Assembly (NCBI GenBank): GCA_036229005.1
Contig: JAZAMN010000057.1
Coordinates: 1-64,000 of the forward strand
Reading direction: 5' to 3'
Length of the DNA: 64,000 nucleotides
Source: Myxococcota bacterium
GTDB lineage: Bacteria; Myxococcota_A; UBA796; CAJQPC01
In this document: piece after piece, positions 37,371 to 48,344 of the stretch
Layout: every line of letters begins with the position of its first letter
Numbering within the stretch: position 1 is the stretch's first letter
Notes under the pieces: model-generated
Seen by the model: the letters and a program-made list of their open reading frames with translations, nothing else
What the model was told of the DNA's origin: nothing
Databases searched by the model: none
Translations under genes and position numbers: made by a program

Positions 37371-38162
37371 TCAGGGGCGGACGCGCCCCATGACCCGCTC
37401 GCGGCGCTGCTCCCGCTGGGCCTCGCTGAGGTCCAGGCTGTGGAGCTCGGCGAGCACCGCGTCGAAGTCACCCAGATCCTCCTGGGCGATGGACAGGCCC
37501 AGGCGGGCCAGATCGTGCAGCTCGGTCGCGCTGGGCTCGGCCAGCACCTTCTCGTAGAGCTCCTGCGCGGCGGCCGGGTCCCCGACCTCCAGGCGCATGC
37601 GCGCCATCGCGATCCAGGCCTCCGGGGCCCGCTCGGGGAAGCTGCGCACGCTGCGCTCGTAGAGGGTCCAGGCGGCCGTGGTGCGCTCGGACTTCTCCAG
37701 CAGCGCCGCGGCCTGGAGCATGCGGTCCGCAGCGCTGGGCGCCTGGGGCGCCAGCTCCGCCGCGCTCACCAGGTGGTCGGCCGCCTCACGCGGCGCCGAG
37801 TCCGCCAGGAGCACACCGAGCTGGGCGGAGGCCGAGGCCGCCCGGGGGTCTCCCGGCCAGCGCGCCAGGAAGGTCTCCAGGTGGGCGATGGCCTGGGCGT
37901 CGGCGCCCGCCAGCGCGGCCGCGGAGCCCGCGTGCCAGGCGGCGGTCGCTGCGCGCTCATCCGACCAGGACTGGGCCTCGATGTCGGTGTAGAGCGCCAG
38001 CGCGGCGTCCAGCTCCCCCTCCAGCACCAAGGCGTCCGCGCGCTCAAGCGCAGCGGGCCCGCGCGCGCCACCGACCACTCCAGCGAGCAGCAAGGGGAGC
38101 GCGACAGCTCCGGTGACGCCCAAGACCGTGCGCCACCCAAAGACGTGGGAGAAGAAACTCAT
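37371..38162 (-). CDS. Membrane-anchored tetratricopeptide-repeat protein (CpoB/BamD-like repeats)
   Basis: N-terminal TM; AIAHLETFLARWPGDPRA, YERSVRSFP, AAQELYEKVL. Confidence 0.72.
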   Translation of the reverse strand: MSFFSHVFGWRTVLGVTGAVALPLLLAGVVGGARGPAALERADALVLEGELDAALALYTDIEAQSWSDERAATAAWHAGSAAALAGADAQAIAHLETFLARWPGDPRAASASAQLGVLLADSAPREAADHLVSAAELAPQAPSAADRMLQAAALLEKSERTTAAWTLYERSVRSFPERAPEAWIAMARMRLEVGDPAAAQELYEKVLAEPSATELHDLARLGLSIAQEDLGDFDAVLAELHSLDLSEAQREQRRERVMGRVRP

Positions 38163-38283
38163 TGTGCCGCTGCCCGTTTTAACAGACAGCGACACCTCGT
38201 GCGAAGCCAGGAGTCCTTCCGGAAGTCTTTCGACCCCCCTCAAGCCCCGATGGTGAGCCCCTGATCGCTCAGGGGCCCAGGCC

Positions 38284-40743
<2,460 letters not shown>

Positions 40744-40887
40744 TTAGGCGGGGTCACTGCTGGAGGGGGAATGGAAAGGGTCGATCCGGGTCCTCGTAAC
40801 CCGTCTTCCACCCCCTTGCAGTCGGGATTTCCCATGCACTCCAGGGGGCTTTTGCGCCCCAGCGAGGACACCCTTCCCTCGCCCTCC

Positions 40888-41397
40888 TCAACCCCCCGCC
40901 CGAACACGCTCCGGCACATGCTCCACCGCCCCGATGCGCTCCAGCACAAAGTAGCTGGGCGTCCCCACCCGCCAGGGCCCGAGCTGCACCAGGCTGCGCC
41001 CCAACAAGCGCCCATCCGGCAGAGCCACCAGGGGGTCCCGCACCAGGGCCGTGGGGTCCAGCGCCGGGTTGCCCCCGCGGCCGTAGTCCAGCCAGAGCCC
41101 ATCGGGCGCGTCCACGGCCTCGAAGAACCCAAAGCACAAGGGCGCCCCCCGCCGCATCAGCGGGACGACCGGGCCGTCCAGGCCGGTCTGCTCCAGCCGC
41201 ACGTTCCAGCCCACGACCCGGTGACCTCGCCGATGGAACGCCTTCTCGAAGGTCTTCCAGGACAGCCGCTCGATCCAGGGCGGTAGGCCCAGCGACACAC
41301 CGCGGTAGCGGTGCCCGGCCAAGGAACCGCTCTCCACCCGCTGTCCCGAGTCCAGCGCCCGCTGCAGCTCCGTCCGGCTCGCGCTCAGGGGGTCCAC
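40888..41397 (-). CDS. Hypothetical protein (beta-rich)
   Basis: 3' part of ORF 40888..41610; GTG at 41397 overlaps the upstream gene; LWLDY...NP...VRD...LLG. Confidence 0.6.
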   Translation of the reverse strand: MDPLSASRTELQRALDSGQRVESGSLAGHRYRGVSLGLPPWIERLSWKTFEKAFHRRGHRVVGWNVRLEQTGLDGPVVPLMRRGAPLCFGFFEAVDAPDGLWLDYGRGGNPALDPTALVRDPLVALPDGRLLGRSLVQLGPWRVGTPSYFVLERIGAVEHVPERVRAGG

Positions 41398-42053
41398 TGC
41401 AGGCCCTCCGGGAGCGAGAATCGCCCCGCGCGTCGGGCGGCCCGCAGCGCCTGTAGGCTCTCCGGCTGCCGCGCACACCAGTCCAGATACGCGAAGAAGC
41501 ACACGTCCGGATCCCGGCTGTGTAGCCCCGGTGGCGCCGCCCGAAAGCGCGCGAGGCCCCGGGCCAGGTCCTCGTGGTAGCCCTCGTAGACGCAGAGGTC
41601 CCGCAGCCACTCGCCGCGGGGGTGGCGGCCCTCCAGCAGCAGGTCGAGCTCGGCCTGGAGGGCGTCCAGGTGCTCCGGGGTCGCCGCGAGCATCTGCAGG
41701 TCGTAGACGTATTGCTCCACGTCGTGGTGGGCGCCCATCAGGTGCCGCTGGACCCGCTTAGGCGAGCTGAGCAGCCCGCTCATGTCCCAGGGCGCGATGG
41801 CCCGCTCCAGCATCAGGAAGGGGAAGCGGATCGGCCGCCACCGCAGCGCCCGCGCCCGCCAGCTCTCCCGCACCGGGTGCTCCGAGGAGAACCCCACCGT
41901 CTCCGTCCGGAACAGCAGGCGGTGCCACATGCGCAGCACGCCGATCGAGAGCTGGAAGGGGGTGGGAACCCGGGGGTAGAGCCCGCTGTCCCGGAGCTGC
42001 CCGAGGCGCCGCCGGATGGTCCGGGGGGAGAGGAGGAGGATCGCGGTGATCAC
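41385..42053 (-). CDS. Hypothetical protein
   Basis: 222 aa, GC3-biased, GTGA overlap with the GntR stop. Confidence 0.7.
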   Translation of the reverse strand: MITAILLLSPRTIRRRLGQLRDSGLYPRVPTPFQLSIGVLRMWHRLLFRTETVGFSSEHPVRESWRARALRWRPIRFPFLMLERAIAPWDMSGLLSSPKRVQRHLMGAHHDVEQYVYDLQMLAATPEHLDALQAELDLLLEGRHPRGEWLRDLCVYEGYHEDLARGLARFRAAPPGLHSRDPDVCFFAYLDWCARQPESLQALRAARRAGRFSLPEGLQWTP

Positions 42054-42742
42054 GGGGTCAGCGCCTGCACCGTCTGGACATCCCGGGCCTCCAGGAGCTG
42101 GAGGATGGCTGGAATCCCCGCCGGCGAGGGACTGCGTAGCCAGACGGCCAGCGCCTGCCAGCCGATCACGTTGCCGCGCGGCTCCCGGTACATGGCCTCG
42201 CGCAGCGCAGGCAGCTCGGCCAGCACCCGGCGAATGGGGTTCAAGGTGAGCTGGAGCACCGGCGAGTCCGTGGCCAGCAGGAGCTGCAGCAGGACCTCCG
42301 CGTCCAGGCGCGCGATCTCGTCGGAGTCAGCGCCCTGTTCGACGGCTTGGGCGAAGGCCTCGATGGCGTCCAGGGTGGGCTGCGGATCCGGGCGCCGGGC
42401 GGCGAGGCGCTCCAGCACCGCCTCCGCCAGCTTGCGCCGCACCAACAACAGGTCGGCCGCCGTCTCCGCCAGCGGGGCCTTCACCGTGCCGATCAGCTCG
42501 GGCCCCCCGGCCAGCCGGTAGTCCAGCACCGTGTAGCCGCGTCCTTGGCGCACCGTCAGCAGCCCCTGCGCCACCAGGCGGCCCAGCGCCGCCCGCAGCG
42601 TCCCACGGTTGACCCCGAGCTGCTCGGCGAGCGCGCGCTCGGTTGGGAGGCGCGCCCCAACAGGGAACGCGCCGTCCAGGATGGCCTGGCGCAGGCGGTC
42701 GGCGCAGTCGTCGGGCAGGGAGGAGGGGTTGAGGGCTCTCAT
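42050..42742 (-). CDS. GntR family (FadR subfamily) transcriptional regulator
   Basis: GARLPTERALAEQLGVNRGTLRAAL...VRQGRG. Confidence 0.92.
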   Translation of the reverse strand: MRALNPSSLPDDCADRLRQAILDGAFPVGARLPTERALAEQLGVNRGTLRAALGRLVAQGLLTVRQGRGYTVLDYRLAGGPELIGTVKAPLAETAADLLLVRRKLAEAVLERLAARRPDPQPTLDAIEAFAQAVEQGADSDEIARLDAEVLLQLLLATDSPVLQLTLNPIRRVLAELPALREAMYREPRGNVIGWQALAVWLRSPSPAGIPAILQLLEARDVQTVQALTP

Positions 42743-42748
42743 TGGTCG

Positions 42749-42763
42749 ATTGGTACAACCAAT
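42749..42763. promoter_or_regulatory. Putative FadR-subfamily operator ATTGGT-ACA-ACCAAT
   Basis: Perfect inverted repeat 6 nt upstream of the GntR ATG; matches TGGT-N3-ACCA. Confidence 0.75.
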
Positions 42764-42788
42764 TCAGGGGGCCGTCAAGCGCCCATCC

Positions 42789-43078
42789 GCGCAAGTGGCC
42801 CCCAACGCAACAAGCCACCGCGCAAGTGGGTCCCAACGCAACAAGCCACGGCGCAAGTGGGCCCCAACGCAACAAGACACCGCGCAAGTGGGTCCCAACG
42901 CAACAAGACACAGCCAAAACACAGCCTCCGGGGGCTTCCTGGCCCTGGTCCCGCCCGCCTCTGTTGCGTTCACCCCGACTTGCGCAGCCGACTGTTGCGT
43001 TCACCCCGACTTGCGCAGCCGGTTGTTGCGTTCACCCCGACTTGCGCAGCCGACTGTTGCGTTCAGACCGACTTGCGC
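42789..43078. repeat. 31-bp-period inverted double array, copy 2 (4 + 4 units)
   Basis: GCGCAAGT-N7-AACGCAACA at 42789, 42820, 42851, 42882; reverse cores at 42962, 42993, 43024, 43055. Confidence 0.93.
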
Positions 43079-43087
43079 GCCCCAGCC

Positions 43088-43960
43088 TCAGAGCCCGCCC
43101 TTGTCGAAGCTCGGATCCGGCGTCCCGCTCAGGCATCCCAGCACCCAGGGGTAGGTGTCGGTCACGTAGTAGCCGTACTGCCCGTCCACGGTCATCCCGT
43201 TGCATTCGTCCAGGTCGCCGGCGTCCGTGAACGCGTAGTCGTCCTCGTACATGCCGTCGTAGCTACCGCCGGGGGAGTCCTCGCCGCTGGGGCGCTCTCC
43301 CTCGCGCAGCGTGTAGCCGGACACGGCCTTGCGGACGGTGCCCTCCTCGTCCACGAACCAGCTCCCGTAGATGGGGAAGCCGTCGGCGGCGAAGCCGATC
43401 ACCGGGCTGCCGTTGGCCCCGGGCTGGTCGTCGAACATGGCCTTGGGGTTGCCGTGGTAGTGGTAGCCGCCGTCCGGCTGGGTGTGCGCGTTGTGGGCGT
43501 CCGCCCCCATCTTGTGCTCGGTGCCCAGGGGCGCGACCAGCCAGTCGTCGTCCACCTGGCAGCCGATCGGCGTGTTGCCGTCAGCGTCGGCCATGGGGTC
43601 GTCGGGCTTGTAGCAGCTCGCTGAGAGCAGATCGACGGGCACCCCGTTGAGCATGATCGCGTCGTAGGACCCGTGCCCCAGCGCGGTGGGCTGCGCGGCC
43701 AGCTCGGGGTCGCGGGGGATCTCGAAGCTGCGGCTCACCTCCTGGACCTGCGTGGCGAAGTCCGCGCTCTCGTCATCGAAGTCGTGGTTGGGGATGTTGT
43801 TGGAGACCAGCACGCAGTGGTCGTCCTGGGCCTCGATGTCGACCTCGCCCAGGAAGCCCTCGTTGCGCTGCAGGTCCAGGACGCTGGAGAAGTACGACTC
43901 GTCGTAGTCCGCACAGTCCGCGCTGCGGTTGCCCCTCAGCGCCGCAGCCCCATCCACCAC
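43088..43960 (-). CDS. YHYH-domain protein
   Basis: SNNIPNH, LNGVP, NAHTQPDGGYHYHG, SPVIGFAADGFPIYG, DLDECNG, YYVTDTYP. Confidence 0.88.
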   Translation of the reverse strand: MVDGAAALRGNRSADCADYDESYFSSVLDLQRNEGFLGEVDIEAQDDHCVLVSNNIPNHDFDDESADFATQVQEVSRSFEIPRDPELAAQPTALGHGSYDAIMLNGVPVDLLSASCYKPDDPMADADGNTPIGCQVDDDWLVAPLGTEHKMGADAHNAHTQPDGGYHYHGNPKAMFDDQPGANGSPVIGFAADGFPIYGSWFVDEEGTVRKAVSGYTLREGERPSGEDSPGGSYDGMYEDDYAFTDAGDLDECNGMTVDGQYGYYVTDTYPWVLGCLSGTPDPSFDKGGL

Positions 43961-45390
43961 CCCAGCGCCCGCGCCGTCCCCTCACCAAGCTGCTCCCGCC
44001 GCCACGCGCTGGCCACGCGGAACAGCAGCTCGCTGCGGGTCGGGTACGGATGCACGGTCGTCGCGATCTGTGAAAGGCCCAGGCCCTGCGTCATGGCCAG
44101 GGTCAGCGGCGCCAGCAGCTCCCCCGCGTGCGGCGCCGCGATGCAGGCCCCGTGGATGCGCCCGCCCCTGTCCGCGTAGACCTCGCACAGACCCTGCTCC
44201 CCCTCGGCGCGGCCGCGATCCAGCTCCTCCAGGCGGTGGGAGAAGCAGCGCAGACCCAGCCGCTCCGCCTCCTCCGGCCCCACCCCGACCCAGGCCAGCT
44301 CCGGCTCCGTGTAGAGCACCCTGGGGATCACCAGCGCCCCCGCGTCCTTGCCGCCCGGGAACAGCGCGTTCTGCAGCACGACCCGCGCCTGGTGATCCGC
44401 CCCGTGGGTGGACCCCACCCCGATGACATCCCCGCAGGCGTACACATCCGGGTTCGTGCTGCGCAGCCGACCATCGACCACCACCCCCTGCGCGCCCACC
44501 TGCACCCCGGCCTTGTCCGGATCGAAGTCCAGGCGAGGGGCGCGGCCCGTGGCCACCAACACCCGCTGGCACACCACCTGGGCCTGCCCCTCCACACACA
44601 CCTCCACCGGCCCCTCTCCCGCCAGCGAGGTCACCCTGGCGCCAACCTGGATCTGTACGCCATCCCTACGGAGCTGCTCCTTCAGCACCTCGACGGCGGA
44701 CATCGGCCAGTCCGGCAGGAGACGGGGTCCCCGCTCCAGGAGGTGGACCCGGGCCCCCAAGCGGCCGAAGGCCTGCGCCAGCTCACACCCCACCGCGCCT
44801 CCTCCCAGCACGACCAGGGACTCCGGGAGCGCCTCCAGCGCCCAGAGACTGTGGGTGTCCAGCGCGCGCTCGATGCCGGGGATCCGGGGTCGGGTGGGGC
44901 CCGCGCCGGTGGCGATCAGGGCCTTGGCGAAGCGCAGGGTGTGCTCCCCCACCTGCACGCGATCTCGCCCGGCAAAGCGCCCGTGCCCCAGGAACACGTC
45001 CACGCCGGTCTCGCGCAGGCGCTCCGGGCTGTCGTGGGGGGCGATGTCCGCGCGGGTCTTGCGCGCCCGCTCCATGACCGCGGCGAAGTCGACCTGGACC
45101 TCTGTCGCACAAACCCCCAGATGCGACAGGGAGCGGGCCCGCGCGGCGGCGTGGGCGCTGGCAAGCAGGACCTTGGAGGGGACGCAGCCCTGGTTCAGGC
45201 AGTCCCCGCCCAAGAGGGCACTCTCCACCAGCGCGACCTTGGCCCCCAGCCCCGCCGCGCCCAGGGCGGCGATCAGGCCCGCGGGGCCGCCACCCAGCAC
45301 CACCAGGTTGTAGCGGGCCGCCGGCTCCGGGTTCACCCAGTCCGGGGGGCGCAAGGTCTGGCGCAGGCGCGCATCGTGGGAGCTGGGCAT
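43936..45390 (-). CDS. Flavoprotein disulfide reductase (LpdA/MerA-like family)
   Basis: GGGPAG, GGDCLNQGCVPSK, GGGAVGCE, ATGR, HPYPT; no C-terminal CC pair. Confidence 0.88.
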   Translation of the reverse strand: MPSSHDARLRQTLRPPDWVNPEPAARYNLVVLGGGPAGLIAALGAAGLGAKVALVESALLGGDCLNQGCVPSKVLLASAHAAARARSLSHLGVCATEVQVDFAAVMERARKTRADIAPHDSPERLRETGVDVFLGHGRFAGRDRVQVGEHTLRFAKALIATGAGPTRPRIPGIERALDTHSLWALEALPESLVVLGGGAVGCELAQAFGRLGARVHLLERGPRLLPDWPMSAVEVLKEQLRRDGVQIQVGARVTSLAGEGPVEVCVEGQAQVVCQRVLVATGRAPRLDFDPDKAGVQVGAQGVVVDGRLRSTNPDVYACGDVIGVGSTHGADHQARVVLQNALFPGGKDAGALVIPRVLYTEPELAWVGVGPEEAERLGLRCFSHRLEELDRGRAEGEQGLCEVYADRGGRIHGACIAAPHAGELLAPLTLAMTQGLGLSQIATTVHPYPTRSELLFRVASAWRREQLGEGTARALGWWMGLRR

Positions 45391-45414
45391 GTTCCTTCCC
45401 TATACGGAAGCAGA

Positions 45415-45443
45415 TTGACGCATGATAGCCCCCCGCGTAGGCT
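45415..45443 (+). promoter_or_regulatory. Sigma70-type promoter for the liuR-like gene (TTGACG-17-TAGGCT)
   Basis: -10 box ends 7 nt before ATG 45451. Confidence 0.6.
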
Positions 45444-45450
45444 GAGGCCC

Positions 45451-45909
45451 ATGACCGAGCGAGACCCGCAGCTTGTCCAGGACGGCGAAGCCGCCGCCCG
45501 CGCCCTCAGTGAGCACCCCGCCGACGCGCGGCAGGAGCTCTTTGGCATCCGGGACCTGGCCAAGGAGTTCGGCATCACCCCCCGGGCCATCCGCTTCTAC
45601 GAGGACAAGGGGCTGCTGGCGCCCCAGCGCGTCAACAACAGCCGGGTCTACAGCCGGAGGGAGCGGGCGCGCCTGGCGCTGATCCTCCGTGGCAAGGCCA
45701 TCGGCTGCAGCCTCTCCGAGATCGCCCACTACCTGGAGCTCTACGGCGAGCAGGGCAAGGGCCGCCGCGCCCAGCTCGAGTTCGTGATCGAGCGCACCCA
45801 GCAGGAGATCGACGCCCTGGAGACCCGCAAGGCCCACCTGGAGGCCCAGCTTGAGCGCCTGCGCTGGTACAATGAGAGCGCGCGGGGGAGCTTGGGAGAG
45901 CTGGAGTAG
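45451..45909 (+). CDS. liuR: MerR family regulator, LiuR-like
   Basis: IRDLAKEFGITPRAIRFYEDKGLLAP, RERARLALILRGKAIGCSLSEI..LELY; a LiuR-type box lies at 59017. Confidence 0.75.
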   Translation: MTERDPQLVQDGEAAARALSEHPADARQELFGIRDLAKEFGITPRAIRFYEDKGLLAPQRVNNSRVYSRRERARLALILRGKAIGCSLSEIAHYLELYGEQGKGRRAQLEFVIERTQQEIDALETRKAHLEAQLERLRWYNESARGSLGELE

Positions 45910-45931
45910 CGGCTGGACGTCACAGCGGCGG

Positions 45932-46179
45932 GCGCAAGTTGGGCTGAACGCAACAGCGGCGGGCGCAAGTCGGGCTGAACGCAACAGCGGCGGGCGCAAG
46001 TCGGGCTGAACGCAACAGCGGCGGGCGCAAGTCGGGCTGAACGCGACAATGCCGGGCTCAGCGGGGCCGAGTTCGGTGGCTTCTTGGCTCCGATGTTGCG
46101 TTCAGAGGCACTTGCGCAGCCCCGTGTTGCGTTCACAGGCACTTGCGCAGCCCCGTGTTGCGTTCACGGGCACTTGCGC
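45932..46179. repeat. 31-bp-period inverted double array, copy 3 (4 + 3 units)
   Basis: Cores at 45932, 45963, 45994, 46025; reverse cores at 46094, 46125, 46156; fills the gap between convergent stop codons. Confidence 0.93.
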
Positions 46180-46180
46180 C

Positions 46181-46999
46181 CTACTCCACCTGGGCATTCA
46201 ACTCCGTCACCACCTCGAACACCTCCCCAATCTGTGCGAAGTCCACCAGGATGAGCTGCGGGCTGCGCCCGATGGCCTCGCACTGGGCGATGCGGTCCCA
46301 GAGCACCTGGGCGGTGTTGGCCTGCGCGGCGAGCTCTTCGCTGGCCAAGGGGTCGGTCAGGAAGTGGGCCATGTAGGTGTAGCTCTGGTCCTCCCCGCCG
46401 CGTCGGAAGCCGCAGTCGAAATCGTCGACCGTCTCGTAGGCGTAGTCGGTCTCCCAGACCTGCGCGTTGATGTCCCCGTACCAGTCGGGGTCGCCCCCCT
46501 CGCGGTCCGTCCAGACCACCAGGCGCTGGCCGCTGTCGATCATCTGTTGGAGGGTGGGCCAGGGCTCCGCCGGGTCCCGCGTGGCGACGTGATCGATCAG
46601 CCCGGAGGCCTCGAACGCGCCCACCATCTGCTCGGCGGAGATGTAGGCCTCGAAGGTCAGGGACAGGACCTGGTCCGGGTTGGCGTCCAGCCACGCAGAC
46701 AGCTCCGAAAGGACCTCCACCAGAGGCCTGGAGCCCAGCGAGCAGTATCCGTGGCAGGTGAGCAGCGCGCCCAGCTCTTCGTAGACATCCAGGTTCAACG
46801 CCCGGACTCCGCTGTCGAGCTGCTCGAGCATGTCCAGGTTCTGGTTGGGCGGCTTGAAGTCCCAGCCAGGGCTGCTCATGGAGTTGTGGGTGCCCACGAC
46901 CACGACCTGATCGAAGGGCCGCGCGCAGTGTTCAGCGGCGCCGTTGCAGGAGGGCGGCTGGATGGTCTCGGGGGCGCAGGCCAGAAAGAGCAGGAGCAT
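46181..46999 (-). CDS. PI-PLC X-domain-like phosphodiesterase lipoprotein
   Basis: MLLLFLAC; CNG...C, GTHNS, NQ...EQLDSGVRALNLD, CHGYC, WLDANPDQV. Confidence 0.82.
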   Translation of the reverse strand: MLLLFLACAPETIQPPSCNGAAEHCARPFDQVVVVGTHNSMSSPGWDFKPPNQNLDMLEQLDSGVRALNLDVYEELGALLTCHGYCSLGSRPLVEVLSELSAWLDANPDQVLSLTFEAYISAEQMVGAFEASGLIDHVATRDPAEPWPTLQQMIDSGQRLVVWTDREGGDPDWYGDINAQVWETDYAYETVDDFDCGFRRGGEDQSYTYMAHFLTDPLASEELAAQANTAQVLWDRIAQCEAIGRSPQLILVDFAQIGEVFEVVTELNAQVE

Positions 47000-47128
47000 C
47001 CTGCGAGCGTAGAACAGCGCCCCGCAGGACCCAAGCGACACTTGCAGGTTTACGGATTCCCGCGGCATGACACCCTCTGGTTGACATTGCCGCTTCAAGC
47101 GGCAACGCTGAGAGCCGAGGGATGTCCT

Positions 47129-47944
47129 ATGTTCCACCTGATCCTGCTTGCCTGCACCACCGAGCCCGCCGACTCGGAGACCGACTGCTTTGACGGCGTC
47201 GACGAGGACCGCGACGGCCTGATGGACTGCGAGGACGCCGACTGCGCCGACGCCTGGGCGTGTACCGAGAGCGACTGCTCGGACGGCTCGGACAACGACG
47301 GGGACGGCCTCGCTGACTGCGACGACGACGACTGCCTGGCGCGGCAGGAGTGCGGCCTGGAGCGGGAGCTGGTGCTCAGTAGCGCGCAGCTCTACCGCAC
47401 GGAGACCCACGGCCGGCTCAAGGACGGAGATATCGAACAATTGAGCACGCGGTACGCCGCCACCCTTGCCGACCTGGAGGGCAGCATTCGCTACTCCAAG
47501 GTCCCCGGGGCCGCCCTGTCCACTGCGAGCCAGGTGGGAAGCTGTAGCTTCCACTTTGACCGTCTGGAGCTGGGCTTCAACACCAGCAGCTTCGCGATGC
47601 AGCACAGCTTCACCGAGCCCTCCAGCTCTGGGCTCGTGCTGGGTAGTGGCTGCGAGGGACTGAGCGCCGAGGACCTGTTCCCGCTCCAGAAGCAGCTCCA
47701 CTACCTGGACCGGGATCCCCTCCGCTCCTACGGCTTCATCGGGCATGGGGTGGGCGAGATCTGGGCGCAGTCCTCCACCGCCGTCGTCGTGCCCTGGGTC
47801 TCCGGTTCGGAAGAGATCGGGCGCACCACCACCAGCGACGGCGCGGGCTCCGGCAGCAGCTATCTGGGCAGCTCGGTCCAGGTGATCGAGTTCAGCGGGG
47901 AGGTGTCCGGGAGAGAGCCGCTGGTGTGGACGAAGACGGAGTAG
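47129..47944 (+). CDS. Lipoprotein with Cys/Asp-rich DxDGDG (calcium-binding-like) repeats
   Basis: MFHLILLAC; CFDGVDEDRDGLMDCEDADC and CSDGSDNDGDGLADCDDDDC. Confidence 0.75.
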   Translation: MFHLILLACTTEPADSETDCFDGVDEDRDGLMDCEDADCADAWACTESDCSDGSDNDGDGLADCDDDDCLARQECGLERELVLSSAQLYRTETHGRLKDGDIEQLSTRYAATLADLEGSIRYSKVPGAALSTASQVGSCSFHFDRLELGFNTSSFAMQHSFTEPSSSGLVLGSGCEGLSAEDLFPLQKQLHYLDRDPLRSYGFIGHGVGEIWAQSSTAVVVPWVSGSEEIGRTTTSDGAGSGSSYLGSSVQVIEFSGEVSGREPLVWTKTE

Positions 47945-48009
47945 GGTCAAGCGCGTGGTCAGGGGGGAACGGTGGTGGCGGGCTGACCGAGCCCAAGCAC
48001 CGCTGCGAG

Positions 48010-48278
48010 GGGCATCGCCACCTGAACGCCCGGTATCGCCGGGCATCGGCACCTGAATGCCCGGTATTGCCGGGCATCGGCACCTGAACGCCCGCCCCTT
48101 CCGAGCATCAACACCTGAACGCCCGGTCTTTCCGAGCATCGGCACTTGAATGCCCGATTTCGCAGGTCATCGGAACCTCAACGCCCAGGTTCTGGTGCCA
48201 AAGCCGCGCTGAGGCGGGATCTGGCGGGCGTTCGGACCCAGATGCTCCCCGGAGTCGTGCGTTTGCCCCGGGATGCCC
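48010..48278. repeat. 31-bp-period inverted double array, divergent copy 4 (6 + 2 units)
   Basis: GRGCATC-N7-GAAYGCCC-type cores at 48010, 48041, 48072, 48103, 48134, 48165; reverse cores at 48226, 48257; between convergent genes. Confidence 0.85.
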
Positions 48279-48344
48279 TCCTGCGCGTGGCACACGGGGA
48301 CGTACGGCAGTGGGTGCTGACGGACCGGAATGGGCAGTCGACGC

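Noticed and set aside
42327..43624. ORFs translated through the repeat arrays (42327..43004, 42609..43154, 42742..43230; also 24624..25333 and 45400..46376)
   Set aside because: A 31-bp period is not a multiple of 3, so the peptide repeats cycle through frames; these ORFs also overlap real genes.
43936..45909. Mercury-resistance merA-merR pair
   Set aside because: The reductase lacks the C-terminal Cys-Cys pair and an N-terminal metal-binding domain. The MerR-family protein has a single Cys and LiuR-type motifs. There are no merT/merP genes.
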